A stretch of DNA of 64,000 nt from the NCBI RefSeq assembly GCF_009914755.1, contig NC_060930.1; one strand, written 5' to 3'. Both the position numbers and the translations under genes were made by a program. Below are positions 49,925 to 64,000 of this stretch, piece by piece (the stretch's first letter is position 1; each line of letters starts with the position of its first letter). The notes below the pieces were generated by a model. That model was not told the origin of the DNA. It worked only from the letters and a program-made list of their open reading frames with translations, and ran no database searches. Source of the DNA: the human T2T-CHM13v2.0 reference genome, Homo sapiens.

Positions 49925-52900
49925 TCATCTCCTACTATGAGTGAGAACATGTGGTGTTTGGTTTTCTGTTCCTGTGTTAGTTTGTGAGAATGATGGTTTC
50001 CAGCTTCATCAATGTCCCTGCAAAGGACATGAACTCATCGTTTTTTATGGCTGCATAGTATTCCGTGGTGTATTTGTGTCACATTTTCTTTATCCAGTCT
50101 ATCACTGATGGGCATTTTGATTGTTCCAAGTCATTGCTATTATGAACAGTGCTGCAATAAACATATGTGTGCATGTGTCTTTATAGTAGAATAATTTATA
50201 ATCCTTCGGGTATATATCCAGTAATGGGATTGCTGGGTCAAATGGTATTTCTGGTTCTAGATCCATAAGGAATTGCCACACTGTCTTCCACAATGGTTTA
50301 ACTAATTTACAGTCCCACTAACAGTGTAAAAGCATTCCTATTTCTCCACATTCTCTCCAACATCTGTTGTTTCCTGACTTTTAATGATGATACATTAATG
50401 GAATGTATCTCATTCCATTTTCACATGTTTGTTGACTGCATAAATGTCTTCTTTTGAGAAGTGTCTGTTCATATCCTTGGCCCACTTTTTGATGGGGTTG
50501 TTTGTTTTTTTCTTGTAAATTTGTTTACATTCCTTATAGACTCTGGATATTAGCCCTTTGTCAGATGGATAGATTGCAAGAATTTTCTTCCATTCTGTAG
50601 GTTGCCTGTTCACTCTAATGAGAGTTTCTTTTGCTGTGCAGAAGCTCTTTAGTTTAATTGCATCCCATTAGTCAATTTTGGCTTTTGTTGCAATTGCTTT
50701 TGGTGTTTGAGTCATGAAGTCTTTGCTCATGCCTATGTCCTGAACAGTATTGTCTAGGTTTTCTTCTAGGGTTTTTATGGTTTTAGGTCTTACGTTTAAG
50801 TCTTTAATCCATCTTGAGTTAATTTTTGTATAAGATGTAAGGAAGGGGTTCAGTTTCAGTTTTCTGCATATGGCTAGCCAGTTTTCCCAACACCATTTAT
50901 TCAATAGGGAATCCTTTCCCTATTGCTTGTTTTTGTTAGGTTTGTCAAAGATCAGATGGCTATAGATGTGTGGTATTATTTCTGAGGCCTCTGTTCTGTT
51001 CCATTGGTCTATATAACTGTTTTGGTACAAGTACCGTACTGTTTTGGTCACTGTAGCCTTGTAGTATAGTTTGAAGTCAAGTAGCGTGATGCCTCCAGTT
51101 TTGTTCTTTTTGCTTAGGATTGTCTTGGCTATATGGGCTCCTTTTTGATTCCATGTGGAATTTAAAATAGTTTTTTCTAATTCTTTGAAGAAAGTCAGTG
51201 GTAGCTTGTTGGGGATTCATTGAATCTATAAATTACTTCTGGCAGTATGGCCATTTTCACTATATTGATTCTTCCTATCCATGAGCATGGAATGTTTTTC
51301 CATTTGTTTGTATCCTCTGTTATTTCTTTGAGCAGTGATTTGTAGTTGTCCTTGAAGAGGTCCTTCACATCCCTTGTAAGTTGTATTCCTAAGTATTTTA
51401 TTCTCTTCGTAGCAATTGTGAATAGGAGTTCACTCATGATTTGGCTCTCTGTTTGTCTATGACTGGTGTATAGGAATGCTTGTGATTTTTGCACGTTGAT
51501 TTTGTATCCTGAGACTTTGCTGAAGTTGCTTATCAGCTTAAGAAGATTTTGGGCTGAGATGATGGGGTTTTCTAGATATACAATTATATCATCTGCAAAC
51601 AGAGACAATTTGACTTACTGTTTTCCTGTTTGACTACCCTCTATTTCTTTCTCTTGCCTCATTGCCCTGGCAAGAACTTCCAATATTATGTTGAATAGGA
51701 GTGGTGAGAGATGGCATCTTTGTCTTGTGCTGGTTTTCAAAGGAAATCCTTCCAGCTTTTGCCCATTCAGTATGATATTGGCTGTGGGTTTGTCATAAAT
51801 AGCTCTTATTATTTTGAGATACATTTCATCAATACCTAGTTTATTGAGAGTTTTTAGCATGAAGGGGTGTTGAATTTTATTGAAGGCCTTTTCTGCATCT
51901 GTTGAGATTATCATGTGGTTTTTGTCACTAGTTCTGTTTATATGATGGATTACGTTTATTGATTTGTGTATGGTGAACTGGTGCTTCATCCCTGGGATGC
52001 AGTATTTTATTGAGGATTTTTGCATGGATGTTCACCAGGGATACTGGCCTGAAATTTTCTTTTTGTGTGTGTGTGTCTCTGCCAGGTATTGGTATCAGGA
52101 TGATGCTGGCCTCATAAAATGAGTTAGGGAGGATTCCCTCTTTTCCTATTGTTTGGAATAGTTTCAGAAGGAATGGTACCAGCTTCTCTTTGTACCTCTG
52201 GTAGAATTTGGCTATGAATCTATCTGGTCCTGGGCTTTTTTTGGTTGGTAGGCTATTAATTACTGCCTCAATTTCAGAGCTGTCATTGGTCTGTTCAGGG
52301 ATTCAACTTCTTCCTGGTTTATTCTTGAGTGGGTGTATGTGTCCAGGAATTTATCCATTTCTTCTAGATTTTCTAGTTTATTTGCATAGAGGTGTTTATA
52401 GTATTCTCTGATGGTAGTTTACATTTCTGTGGAATCAGTGGTGATATCCCCTTTTTTATTTATTTATTTATTTTTTGAGACAGAGTCTCGCTCTGTTGCC
52501 AGGCTGGAGTGCAGTGGCGTGATATTGGCTCACTGAACCTCTGCCTCCTGGGTTCAAGCAATTCTCCTGCCTCAGCTTCCCGAGTAGCTGGGACTACAGG
52601 CGTGCACCACCATGCCCAGCTAATCTTTGTATTTTTAATAAAGATGGGGTTTCACCATGTTGGCCTGATGGTCTCGATCTCTTGACCTTGTGATCTGCCA
52701 GCCTTGGGCTCCCAAAGTGCTGAGATTACAGGTGTGAGCCACTATGCCCGGCCCCCGTTATTTATTTATTTGTATTGTGTCTCTTTGATTCTTCTCTCTT
52801 TTATTCTTTATTAGTTTGGCTAGTGGTCTATCTATTTTGTTGATCTTTTTAAAAAAAAAAACAGCTTCTGGATTCATTGATTTTTTTTAAGGGTTTTTTT

Positions 52901-53958
52901 GTGTCTCTATCTCCTTCAGTTCCACTCTCTGATCTTAGTTATTTCTTGTCTTCTGCTAGCTTTTGAATTTGTTTGCTCTTGCTTCCCTAGTTCTTTTAAT
53001 TGTGATGTTAGGGTGTCGATTTTAGATCTTTTCTGCTTTCTCCTGTGGGCATTTAGTGCTATAAATTTCCCTCTAAACACTGCTTTAGCTGTGTCCCACA
53101 GATTCTGGTATGTTGTGTCTTTGTTCTCATTGGTTTCAAATAATTTATTTATTTCTGCCTTAATTTCATTGTTTATACAGTAGTCATTCAGGAGCAGGTT
53201 GTTCAGTTTCCATGCAGTTGTGTGGTTTTTAGTCAGTTTCTTAGTCCTGAGTTCTAATTTGATTGCACTGTGGTCTGAGAGACTGTTACAATTTCCATTC
53301 TTTTGCATATTCTGAGGAGTGTTTTACTTCCAATTATGTAATCAACTTTAGAATAAGTGCAATGTGGTGCTGAGAAGAATGTATATTCTGTTGATTTGGG
53401 GTGAAGAATTCTGTAGATGTGTATTAAGTCTGCTGGGGCCAGAGCTGAGTTCAAGTCCTGAATATCTTTGTTAATTTTCTGTCTTGTTGATCTGTCTAAC
53501 ATTGACAGTGGGGTGTTAAAGTCTCCGACTATCATCGTGTGGGAATCTAAGTCTCTTTGTAGATGTCTAAGAACTTGCTTTATGGATCTGGGTGCTCCCG
53601 TATTGGGTGCATATATGTTTAGGATAGTTAGCTCTTCTTGTTGCATTGATCCCTTTACCATTATGTATGTAATGCCCTTCTTTCTCTTTTTTGATTTTTG
53701 TTGGTTTAAAGTCTGTTTCATCAAAGACTAGGATTGCAACCCTTGCAACCTTTGCTTTCCATTTGCTTGGTAAATATTCCTCCATTCCTTTATTTTGAGC
53801 TTATGTGTGTCTTTGCACATGAGGTGCTTCTCCTGAATACAGCACACCAATAGGTCTTGACTCTTTATCCAATTTGCCAGTCTGTGTCTTTTAATTGGGG
53901 CATTTAGCCCATTTACATTTAAGGTTAATATTGTTACGTGTGTATTTGATCCTGTTGT
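49925..53958 (-). pseudogene. L1 ORF2 (endonuclease/reverse transcriptase), fragmented
   Basis: Track fragments LNIYAPNTGAP...[34 protein letters not shown] and [10 protein letters not shown] lie in different frames; start codon altered; Alu insertion and deletions. Confidence 0.92.
52452..52753 (-). mobile_element. AluSc-like element inserted in L1PA7 ORF2
   Basis: ctctgttgccaggctgg and gatggtctcgatctcttgacc are AluSc-type features; (TTTA)n tail. Confidence 0.92.
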
Positions 53959-54021
53959 TATGATGCTAGCTGGTTATTTTGCCTGTTAGTTGATGCAGTT
54001 TCTTCATAGTGTTGATGGTCT

Positions 54022-55050
54022 TTACATTTTGGTATGGTTTTGCAATGGCTGGTACCAGTTTTTCCTTTGCATGTTTAGTACTTCCTTCAGGAGCTCTTGT
54101 AAGGCAGGCCTGGTCATGACAAAATCTCTCAGCATTTGCCTGTCTTTAAAGGATTTTATTTCTCCCTTCGCTTATGAAGCTTAGTTTGGCTGGATATGAA
54201 ATTCTGGGTTGAAAATTCTTTTCTTTAAGAATGTTGAATATTGGTCCCCACTCTCTTCTGACTTGTAGGGTTTCTGCCAAGAGATCTTCTGTTAGTCTGA
54301 TGGGCTTCCCTTGTGGGTAATCTGACCTTTCTCTCTGGCTTCCCTTAACATATTTTCCTCCATTTCAACCTTGGTGAATCTGATGATTACGTGTCTTGGG
54401 GTTGCTCTTCTCAAGGAGTATTCTTGTGGTGTTCTCTGTAATTCCTGAATTTGAATGTTGGCCTGTCTTACTAGGTTGTGGAAGTTCTCCTGGATAATAT
54501 TCTGAAGAGTGTTTTCCAACTTGATTCCATTCTCCCCATCACTTTCAGGTACACAAATCAATGTACGTTTGGTCTTTTCACATAGTTCCATATTTCTTGG
54601 AGGCTTTGTTCATTCCTTTTCATTCTTTTTTCTCTCATCTTGTCTTCTTGCTTTATTTCGTTAAGTTGATCTTCAATCTCTGATATCCTTTCTTCCACTT
54701 GATCGATTCAGCTATTGATACTCGTGTATGCTTCACGAAGTTCTTATGGTGTGTTTTTCAGCTCCATCAGCTCATTTATGTTCTTCTCTAAACTGGTTAT
54801 TCTAGTTAGCAATTCCTCTAACCTTTTATCAAGGTTCTTAGCTTCCTTACATTAGGTCAGAACATGCTCCTTTAGCTCGGAAGAGTTTGTTATTAACCAC
54901 CTTCTGAAGCCTACTTCTGTCAATTTGTCAAACCCATTCTCCATCCAGTTTTGTTCCCTTGCTGGTGATGAGTTGTGATCCTTTGGAGGAGAAGAGGCAT
55001 TCATTCTGGTTTTTAGAATTTTTGGCCTTTTTGTGCTGGGTTTTCCTCAT
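54022..55050 (-). pseudogene. L1 ORF1, fragmented
   Basis: VPESDGENGIKLENTLQNIIQENF...RRATPRHVIIRFTKVEM in ORF 54292-54591; ATG at 55050; frameshifted. Confidence 0.9.
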
Positions 55051-56389
55051 CTTCATGGATTTATCTACCTTTGTTCTTTGATGTTGTTGACATTTGGATG
55101 GGGTTTTTGTGTACGTCCTTTTTGTTGATGTTGATGCTATTCCTTTCTGTTCTGTTAGTTTTCCTTCTAACAGTCAGGCCCTTCTGCTGCAGGTCTGCTG
55201 GAGTTTGCTGGAGTAACACTCTAGACCCTGTTTGCCTGAGTGTCACTAGCAGAAGCTGCAGAACAGCAAAGATTGCTGCTTGTTCCTTCCTCTGGAAGCT
55301 TCGACCCAGAGGGGCACCTGCCAGATGCCAGCCAGAGCTCTCCTGCATGAGATGTCTGTCGACCCCTGCTGGGAGTTGTCTCCCAGTCAGGTGGCACAGG
55401 GGTCAGGACCCACTTGAGGAGGCAGTCTGTCCCTTAGCAGAGCTTGAGCGCTGTGCTGGGAGATTTGCTGCCCTCTTCAGAGCTGGCAGGCAGGAACATT
55501 TAAGTCTGCTGAAGCTGCGCCCATAGCTGCCCCTTGCCCCATGTGTTCTGTCCCAGGGAGATGGGAGTTTGATCTATAAGCCCCTGACTGTGGCTGTTGC
55601 CTTCCTTTCAGAGATGCCCTGCCCAGAGAGGAGGAATTTAGATAGGCAATCTGGCTACAGTGGCTTTGTGGAGCTGCAATGGGCTTCGCCCAGTTTGAAC
55701 TTCCTGGGGGCTTTGTTTACAAAAGGGGAAAACCGCTTACTCAAGCCTCAGTAATGGTGGATGCTTCTCCCACCTCCAAGCTCAAGCATCCCAGGTTGAA
55801 TTCAGACTGCCATGCTGGCAGTGAGAATTTCAAGCCAGTAGATCTTAGCTTGCTGGGCTTCATGGGGGTGGGATCTGCTGTGCTAGATCACTTGGCTTCC
55901 TGGCTTCAGCCCCCTTTCCAGGGGAGTGAAGGTTTCTGTCTCATTGGTGTTCCAGGCATCACTGGCATATGAAAAAAAAAAAACTCCTGCAGCTAGGTCG
56001 GTGTCTGCCCAAATGGCTGCCTAGTTTTGTGCTTGAAACCCAGGACCCTGGTGGCATAGGCAACCGAGAGAATCTCCTGGTCTGTGGGTTGCTAAGACCA
56101 TGGGAAAAGCATAGTATCTGGGCCGGAGTGCACCATTCCTCATGGCACAGTCACTCAAGGCTTCCCTTGGCTAGGGAAGGGAGTTCCCTGACCCCTTGCA
56201 CTTCCTGGGTGAGGTGACACCCCACTCTGCTTCAGCTAGCCCTCCATGGGCTGCATCCAGTGTCTAACCAGTCCCAATGAGATAAGCTGGGTACCTCAAT
56301 TGGAAATGCAGAAATCACCCGCCTTCTGCATTGATCTCGCTGGGAGCTACAGACCGGAGCTATTCCTATTTGGCCATCTTGCCAGCCCT

Positions 56390-57130
56390 GTTCAATATTC
56401 TTAATATTTAAAGAGTTACTTTATATGAATAGAAAAGATAAAAACTAATAAACTGAGCAAAAGATAGGAGTAAAAAGTGATTGCTTAATATATTAAAGGA
56501 TGCCCAATCTCATTCATAAGAGAAATGCAAATTTCAACCATAATATGCCATTTTTCCCCAAGTGATGGCAAGGATGTGGGGCGGGGTGGTTCTCATATAT
56601 TTCTGATGGTAATATAAACTGGTGAAATTTGTATGGAAAATAATTTAGCAATATCTGTCAGAATTAAAGGTGAACATAACATTTACCCATCAATTCCACT
56701 TTTCACAATGTGTATATCAGATATTCTCATGCACCACACAAAGATATATGGAGTTACTCACTTTTGCAGTGCTTTTTGGAATGGTCAACATTGGACACAA
56801 CCTAAATATCCTTCAATAGGGAAATATGATGAAATATTACACAACTTTTAAAAGGATGTTTGTCATGGAACTGACATGGAATTGCCTCTGTAATGTACTA
56901 ATTTTTAAAAGAAAAATACAAAATAGGGCATAGAATATGCTATCAATTGTGTGGGGAAAAAAACCCCAGATACTTGTATATGTGCTTAGAGCATTCCTGA
57001 AAAGATAAGCAGAAAGAAATAACACTAGTAGACTTCAGGTGGGAAAAATGGCAACTAAGAATGAAATAGAAGAGAACCATCTGTTACTGCATGCTTTTGA
57101 ATTTTGAACTATGTGAGTAAATTACTTATT
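56390..57130 (+). mobile_element. Old L1ME-like ORF2 end/3'UTR
   Basis: agagaaatgcaaatt...tatggaaaataatttagcaatatct...caacctaaatatccttcaataggga. Confidence 0.65.
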
Positions 57131-57519
57131 AAAAAAACAAATATCAGTCAGTTCTGACATAAAAGGAACCTATGAGTCATCATTCCCATGCTTATAACAA
57201 GAAAAAAAGCTGAACAAATAAAAATTCAGTTACTTTCCCTGGAGTCCTGAAAAAATTGAGATCACAGAACAAATTGCTACCCCAAAATCTGGAAAGAAGG
57301 GTAAATAAAGAAAATCACAGCCACAGTCAGCTTACCTGGAGCACAAGTTGATAGAGCCAAAATTGGTAGGAACACTTAAATGGTAACTTTGATGAATTGC
57401 TGGAGGCTGAGTGTGGACTGACATGAGAGTGAAAAAGTCCAGGGTGCTGTAGTCTCAGGAATCCCACCTGGATCTTGTGAGAAAGAGACAAGAAAAATTC
57501 CACTTTTGTGCTGCTCCCG

Positions 57520-58075
57520 CAAATCTCAATAAGTTGTATTTATATTTTCATTTAGTTTAAAATACTTTTAGTTTCTCAGACTTCTTCCACCTATGGTTAT
57601 TAGAAGTGTGTTGTGTTATCTCTAAACATTTTGAAAATTTTCACCTATCTTTCTGTTAATTACTAGTTAAATTACATTGTAATCTGAAAACATAAACTAT
57701 ATATTCTTCTTTATTAAGGTGTATTTTATGGGCCATCTTGGTGGATATTCCATGGGGGGTTGAGAAGAATGTGTATTCTGCTGTTGCTGGATGGAGTAGT
57801 CTATAAATGTCAATTTGATCAACTTGGTTGACAGCACTGTTCAGGTCAACTCTATCTTTACCAATTTCTGCCTCATCAATTACTTAATGAGGAGTAATGG
57901 AGTCTCCAACTGTAATAGTGTATTTGTCTTGCAATTTTATCATTTTTACCTCATATTTTAATATTCTATTGGTAGATGAGTACATGATAAAGATTGTTAT
58001 GACTTCTTGGGGAATTGGCTCTGATAATTGATCTCTGATTATTTTCCTTGTTCTGAAGTCTTCTTTTTCTAAAAC
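57520..58075 (-). mobile_element. Old L1M ORF2 endonuclease fragment
   Basis: ttgagaagaatgtgtattctgctgttg...tctataaatgtcaat...agtctccaactgtaatagtg. Confidence 0.75.
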
Positions 58076-58137
58076 TGATGTCGCCTTCTTCCCCCGTATG
58101 TCTGTATCTTCAAGTGGCATTTTCCTCTTCTTATAAG

Positions 58138-59570
58138 AAGGAAACTTACATGTATATTACTAAGTAAAACAAGCCAGTCTTAAAAATGCTATATGCTGTA
58201 TAATTCCAATTATATTACATTCTAAAAAAGGAGAAATTGTAAAGCCAGTAACAAGATCAATAGTTGCTGGGGTTAGAGGATAGGGGAAGTGTTGAACAGG
58301 TGAAAAACAAGGAATTTTAGGACAGTGAAACTATCCTGTAATTATGGACACATGACATCATACATTTGTTAAAACCCATAAACTTTACTTAAAAAGGAGT
58401 AAGCTTTAATGTATGCAAATTTTCAAAAAAGCATTTAGGATGTGAGGGGATCCTGGGAAAAAAATGCAGACAATGACAAGAGAATCTATCTATTACAAGT
58501 GTGTGGAACCTCACTGAAAGGGGTGGGTGGAAAGGTATGATCTAAGTAACTTTGAAATGAGTAGAATTTCTAAGACTTAAGGCAAAGGAACTTACTTACA
58601 TACCTATAAATATTTCTATATGTAACTAGCTGTATCTATAGTAAGCTATTTGTGATCCCATACTGATAGACATAAATGATTGAATAAATTAATAAATCAG
58701 GAAAAAGAGACAGAACTCTACAAATAAACTCTCCCTCTCAAACCTTCTATATTCTCTACATGTCTACCTCTGATTATCTTTTTTAAATTTTTTAATTTTA
58801 TATACAAAGAACTAGCATGGTTTCTTTCATGGGGTGGAGAATTCCAAGTAATTTATGCAGATATTCCAAGCCCAAGGAGGGGATGCATAAGGCTTTACTC
58901 TTTAAGCGTGGGCTCAACACTCTTCAAGTGTGGGGCTCAATATTTCTCCAAGGTAAAATTGCTCCTTTTCCCCTCTTAGGAAGGAAGTCAGAGTACTATA
59001 TGGAAGAGGAGCAATTTTACAGTGGAGAAATATTGCAAACACTACACTTTAGCCAAGTAATCAAATAACATCATCAGGGATTATTCATGTTGATAGTATA
59101 TGCCCTTGATATGATGAAATGATAATGGTACTTTGTGTCTGTGATCTTCCCCCCATACCCTAGTTTTATTAAGAAAAAATATTAGAAAAATTTCAATAGA
59201 GATGTATCCTATATGACACCTGGAGAGTATTCCTCACAACTGTAAAGGTCATCAAAAACAATAAGTCTGAGAAAATATCCCAGCCAAGAATAAGCTATGG
59301 AAACGTGGCTACTAAACATAATGTCGTATCTTGGATGGGATCCTCCTGAACAGAAAAAGGACATTAGGTAAATACTAAGTAAATCCGTATAGAGTATGGA
59401 GTTTAGTTGACAATAATGCACCAACATTGATTCATTAATTGTAACAAATGTACCATACTAATGTAAGATGTTAATGATTGGGGAAACTTGGTGCTGGTAT
59501 ATGGGAACTCTATTATTTTCTCAATTCTTCTGTAAATCTAAAAATTTTTAAAATAAATTCTTTTAAAAAT
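58138..59570 (+). mobile_element. L1MC3-like 3'UTR
   Basis: aacctcactgaaaggggtggg...ctaagtaactttgaaatgagt...ggcaaaggaact; terminal attgtaacaaatgtaccatactaatgtaagatgttaat...tgtaaatctaaaa. Confidence 0.75.
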
Positions 59571-60367
59571 AGACAATGAAAAATTCTATATGGGAAAATA
59601 TTTTAAAATATATTATTTGAAATGTATGTCACCAAACTTTGACTACTCCCTTTGTTGTCACACTCAATTACTCTCCCATTTTAATGCGATTGCAATATTT
59701 GACTCAGTGACTTCCATTATCAGTAACTTCTACGTCCATGTGGCTAATCCCTGCAGTGTGCTGGTTTCTCTCAGCCTTCTGACTTGCAAAGATATTTTTT
59801 CCTTCACTCTATCCTAACCATCTACTCCAGAGCCACATCTTTGACTTTACCACCACCAATGACAGCACAATCTCAAAAAGGTCCATTTCAAATACCCCTT
59901 TCTATGTACCCTCCAGCTTGTCTTTCGATCTCACCTGCTTTAGAACTCCTACTCAAGCAATCCTTTCCTCTCATTTAGATCTCCAACCCACTAAATCTAC
60001 CATTCTTTCAATAGGCATTACCACTTTATGCCTCTCTTACCCAGCTTAGATTCTATCTCTCTCATGACAAAACCCTTAATTCCCTCACATGCTCTCCTTC
60101 CATCAGTCTAATGTGCCAAAAGGCTCAACACAAGTAATCCTATCTGCCTATTTCTTGCTTGATTCAATGCTGGAAATGCTGGAAAATGCTGGAAAAAAAA
60201 TATGCCACTCTTTTTGCTTGCTTTAAATCCATGACCTCTATCGCAAATGAGCCTTCAGTTCTACCTATTAATTCTACCACATTTGACTAGAATTTTTAAA
60301 TTTTCTGCTCTCCAAATAAACTCTCCCTCCAAAACCTCCTATATTCCCTATGCCATGTCTACCTCTG

Positions 60368-60420
60368 ATTTTTATTTTATTTTATTTTATTTTATTTTAT
60401 TTTATTTTATTTTATTTTAT
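60368..60420. repeat. (ATTTT)n microsatellite
   Basis: About 10 pure ATTTT units. Confidence 0.95.
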
Positions 60421-60890
60421 GTACAAAGAGCTACCATGGTTTCTTTCATGAGGTGGTTGCCTTGGACAACCCATTCAAGGAAGATCACTTAGTCCAACTT
60501 AATGAAATCTATATCTTTTGTATACTGACGGAAACACTGGCAGCACATATTGAGGCCATGTTTTTGGATCACAACAATGCAAGTTTGAGTAGATGTGATA
60601 AGAGTGAGAACTCTGACCAAATCTTCACAGATGGCTCCAGTAGAGCTGCTGGTGACCCACCTTGCTTTCAGGTACCTCTGATTATCTTATGCTGTACTCT
60701 TTGCTACTCCCATCAAGGTCTAGCCACATCACCATCCTTCTCTCCTTGAACACACTAAACCTATTTCAATCTTAAGTCTTTATATGAGCCATTCTCTTTG
60801 CCTGGAATGTTCTTGCCCTTATCTTCACATCACTGATTCCTTAACATTCAGGTCCCAGCTTTCATGGCACCTCCTTAGAGAAACCTTTAA

Positions 60891-61142
60891 GGAGGCTGAG
60901 GCGGGCAGATCATGAGGTCAGAAGTTTGAGACCAGCCTGACCAACATGGTGAAACCCCATCTCTACTAAAAATACAAAAATTAGCTGGGCATGGTGGTGG
61001 GCGCCTGTAATCCCAGCTACTCAGGAGGCTGAGGCAGGAGAATTGCTTGAACCTGGGAGGTGTAGATTGCGTGAGCTGAGATCATGCCACTGCACTCCAG
61101 CCTGGGTGACAGAGCAAGACTCTGCCTAAAAAAAAAAAAAAA
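60891..61142 (+). mobile_element. 5'-truncated AluS (Sg-like)
   Basis: ggaggctgaggcgggcagatcatgaggtcag...ctctgcct followed by poly-A; no clear TSD. Confidence 0.92.
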
Positions 61143-61409
61143 GTAGCCATTCAATCACTTTCTGTCACATCACAACATCACACCATTTTAATTCTCTGCA
61201 TAAGACTAATAACTATTTGATAGTTCTTTTATCCATTATTAGTTGATTTCCTTGTTATTTAACTCCTGCCTCTAAAATGTAAGCTCCATGAGAGCTGAGA
61301 CTGTATGGACCTAGAACAGAACTGAAATGTATTAGGCACTCAATAAATATTTTCTAATGAATGCAGTCATCATGTCTATTTGAAATAATATGAAAAAGTA
61401 ACATAGTTA

Positions 61410-61840
61410 TAGGTCAGATTACTTGAGAAGTAGGCTATGAGATAGAAATTAGCATTTTATTAGAGTGTGCTTTCAGAATTAATATCAGTGAGGGAAAAGG
61501 AAGCAGGATTGGACAAAGGGAAAAGGTGGCTGGAATATAGCCACAACACAGGTCTTGCTTAGCCCTGCAGAGAACTCTGGACCTTGGGTAACCCTTCAGA
61601 GATAACTCAAGTTGGGGTAGAAGGGTCAGGTTTTTGCATTACTTTCCCCTCTTGGATCAAGCAATTACTAGATGCAGGGCCCAGGAAGGTGATGTAATCT
61701 GAACCAAATGGCTCTTTTCAGCCAAGGGCAGTTTCCAGGGAATGCTGATGGGAGAGGGCTGAGGGCCACCAGCTGGCAGCACTCTTGAAAGCTAGGGGAT
61801 AGGTTCTTCACTCCTGAGTGAAAACTTGAACCATGTAGTC
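61410..61840 (-). mobile_element. LTR16-like ERVL LTR
   Basis: ggtcagattacttgagaagtaggctatgagatag...tttattagagtgtgcttt...aaggaagcaggattggacaaaggga. Confidence 0.7.

Positions 61841-64000
<2,160 letters not shown>

Larger units (their letters stand above)
49710..56388 (-). mobile_element. Near full-length L1PA7-like LINE-1, inactive
   Basis: Poly-T/3'UTR at 49710, then ORF2, ORF1 and a complete 5'UTR whose reverse complement starts ggctggcaagatggccaaataggaatagctccggtc; about 6.4 kb without the nested Alu. Confidence 0.93.
59640..61365 (+). mobile_element. L2 fragments including the 3' terminus
   Basis: ttctctttgcctggaatgttctt...aaaatgtaagctccatgagagc...taggcactcaataaatatttt. Confidence 0.7.

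Noticed and set aside
55071-55526. 151-aa plus-strand ORF in the L1 5'UTR, a possible ORF0
   Set aside because: Non-ATG start in an old L1PA7 5'UTR, and I cannot show ORF0 identity or intactness from the sequence alone.
49710-56388. Potentially active LINE-1
   Set aside because: Both ORFs are frameshifted, the ORF2 start is altered, and there is an Alu insertion and internal deletions. The subfamily is old.

Overview
AT-rich, repeat-dense hominoid (most likely human) genomic DNA, judged by AluY/AluS, LTR12C, THE1, L1PA7 and L1PB1 elements. It reads as intergenic or deep intronic sequence. I recognise no host protein-coding exon, RNA gene or prokaryotic system, and every recognisable ORF in the track is a decayed transposon fragment. 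The main landmarks are: a 5'-inverted L1PB1 (25.6-30.6 kb) carrying a solo LTR12C and two Alus; an ancient ERVL gag-pol remnant (41-47 kb) interrupted by an Hsmar1 3' half; a near full-length dead L1PA7 (49.7-56.4 kb, minus strand); and an LTR16/ERVL remnant at the end. The most unusual signal is a set of DNA-repair and retrotransposition scars: three short-range templated duplications (120-240 bp copied from 0.5-1.6 kb away), two snap-back palindromic fillers, microinversions, a candidate miniature L1 3' transduction, and an Hsmar1-plus-flank block that transposase could not have inserted by cut-and-paste. A few splice and enhancer-like motifs in unique DNA are flagged as hypotheses. I did not find a convincing new biological system. 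Repeat names come from recalled consensus sequences, not a database search, and the boundaries of old elements are approximate.
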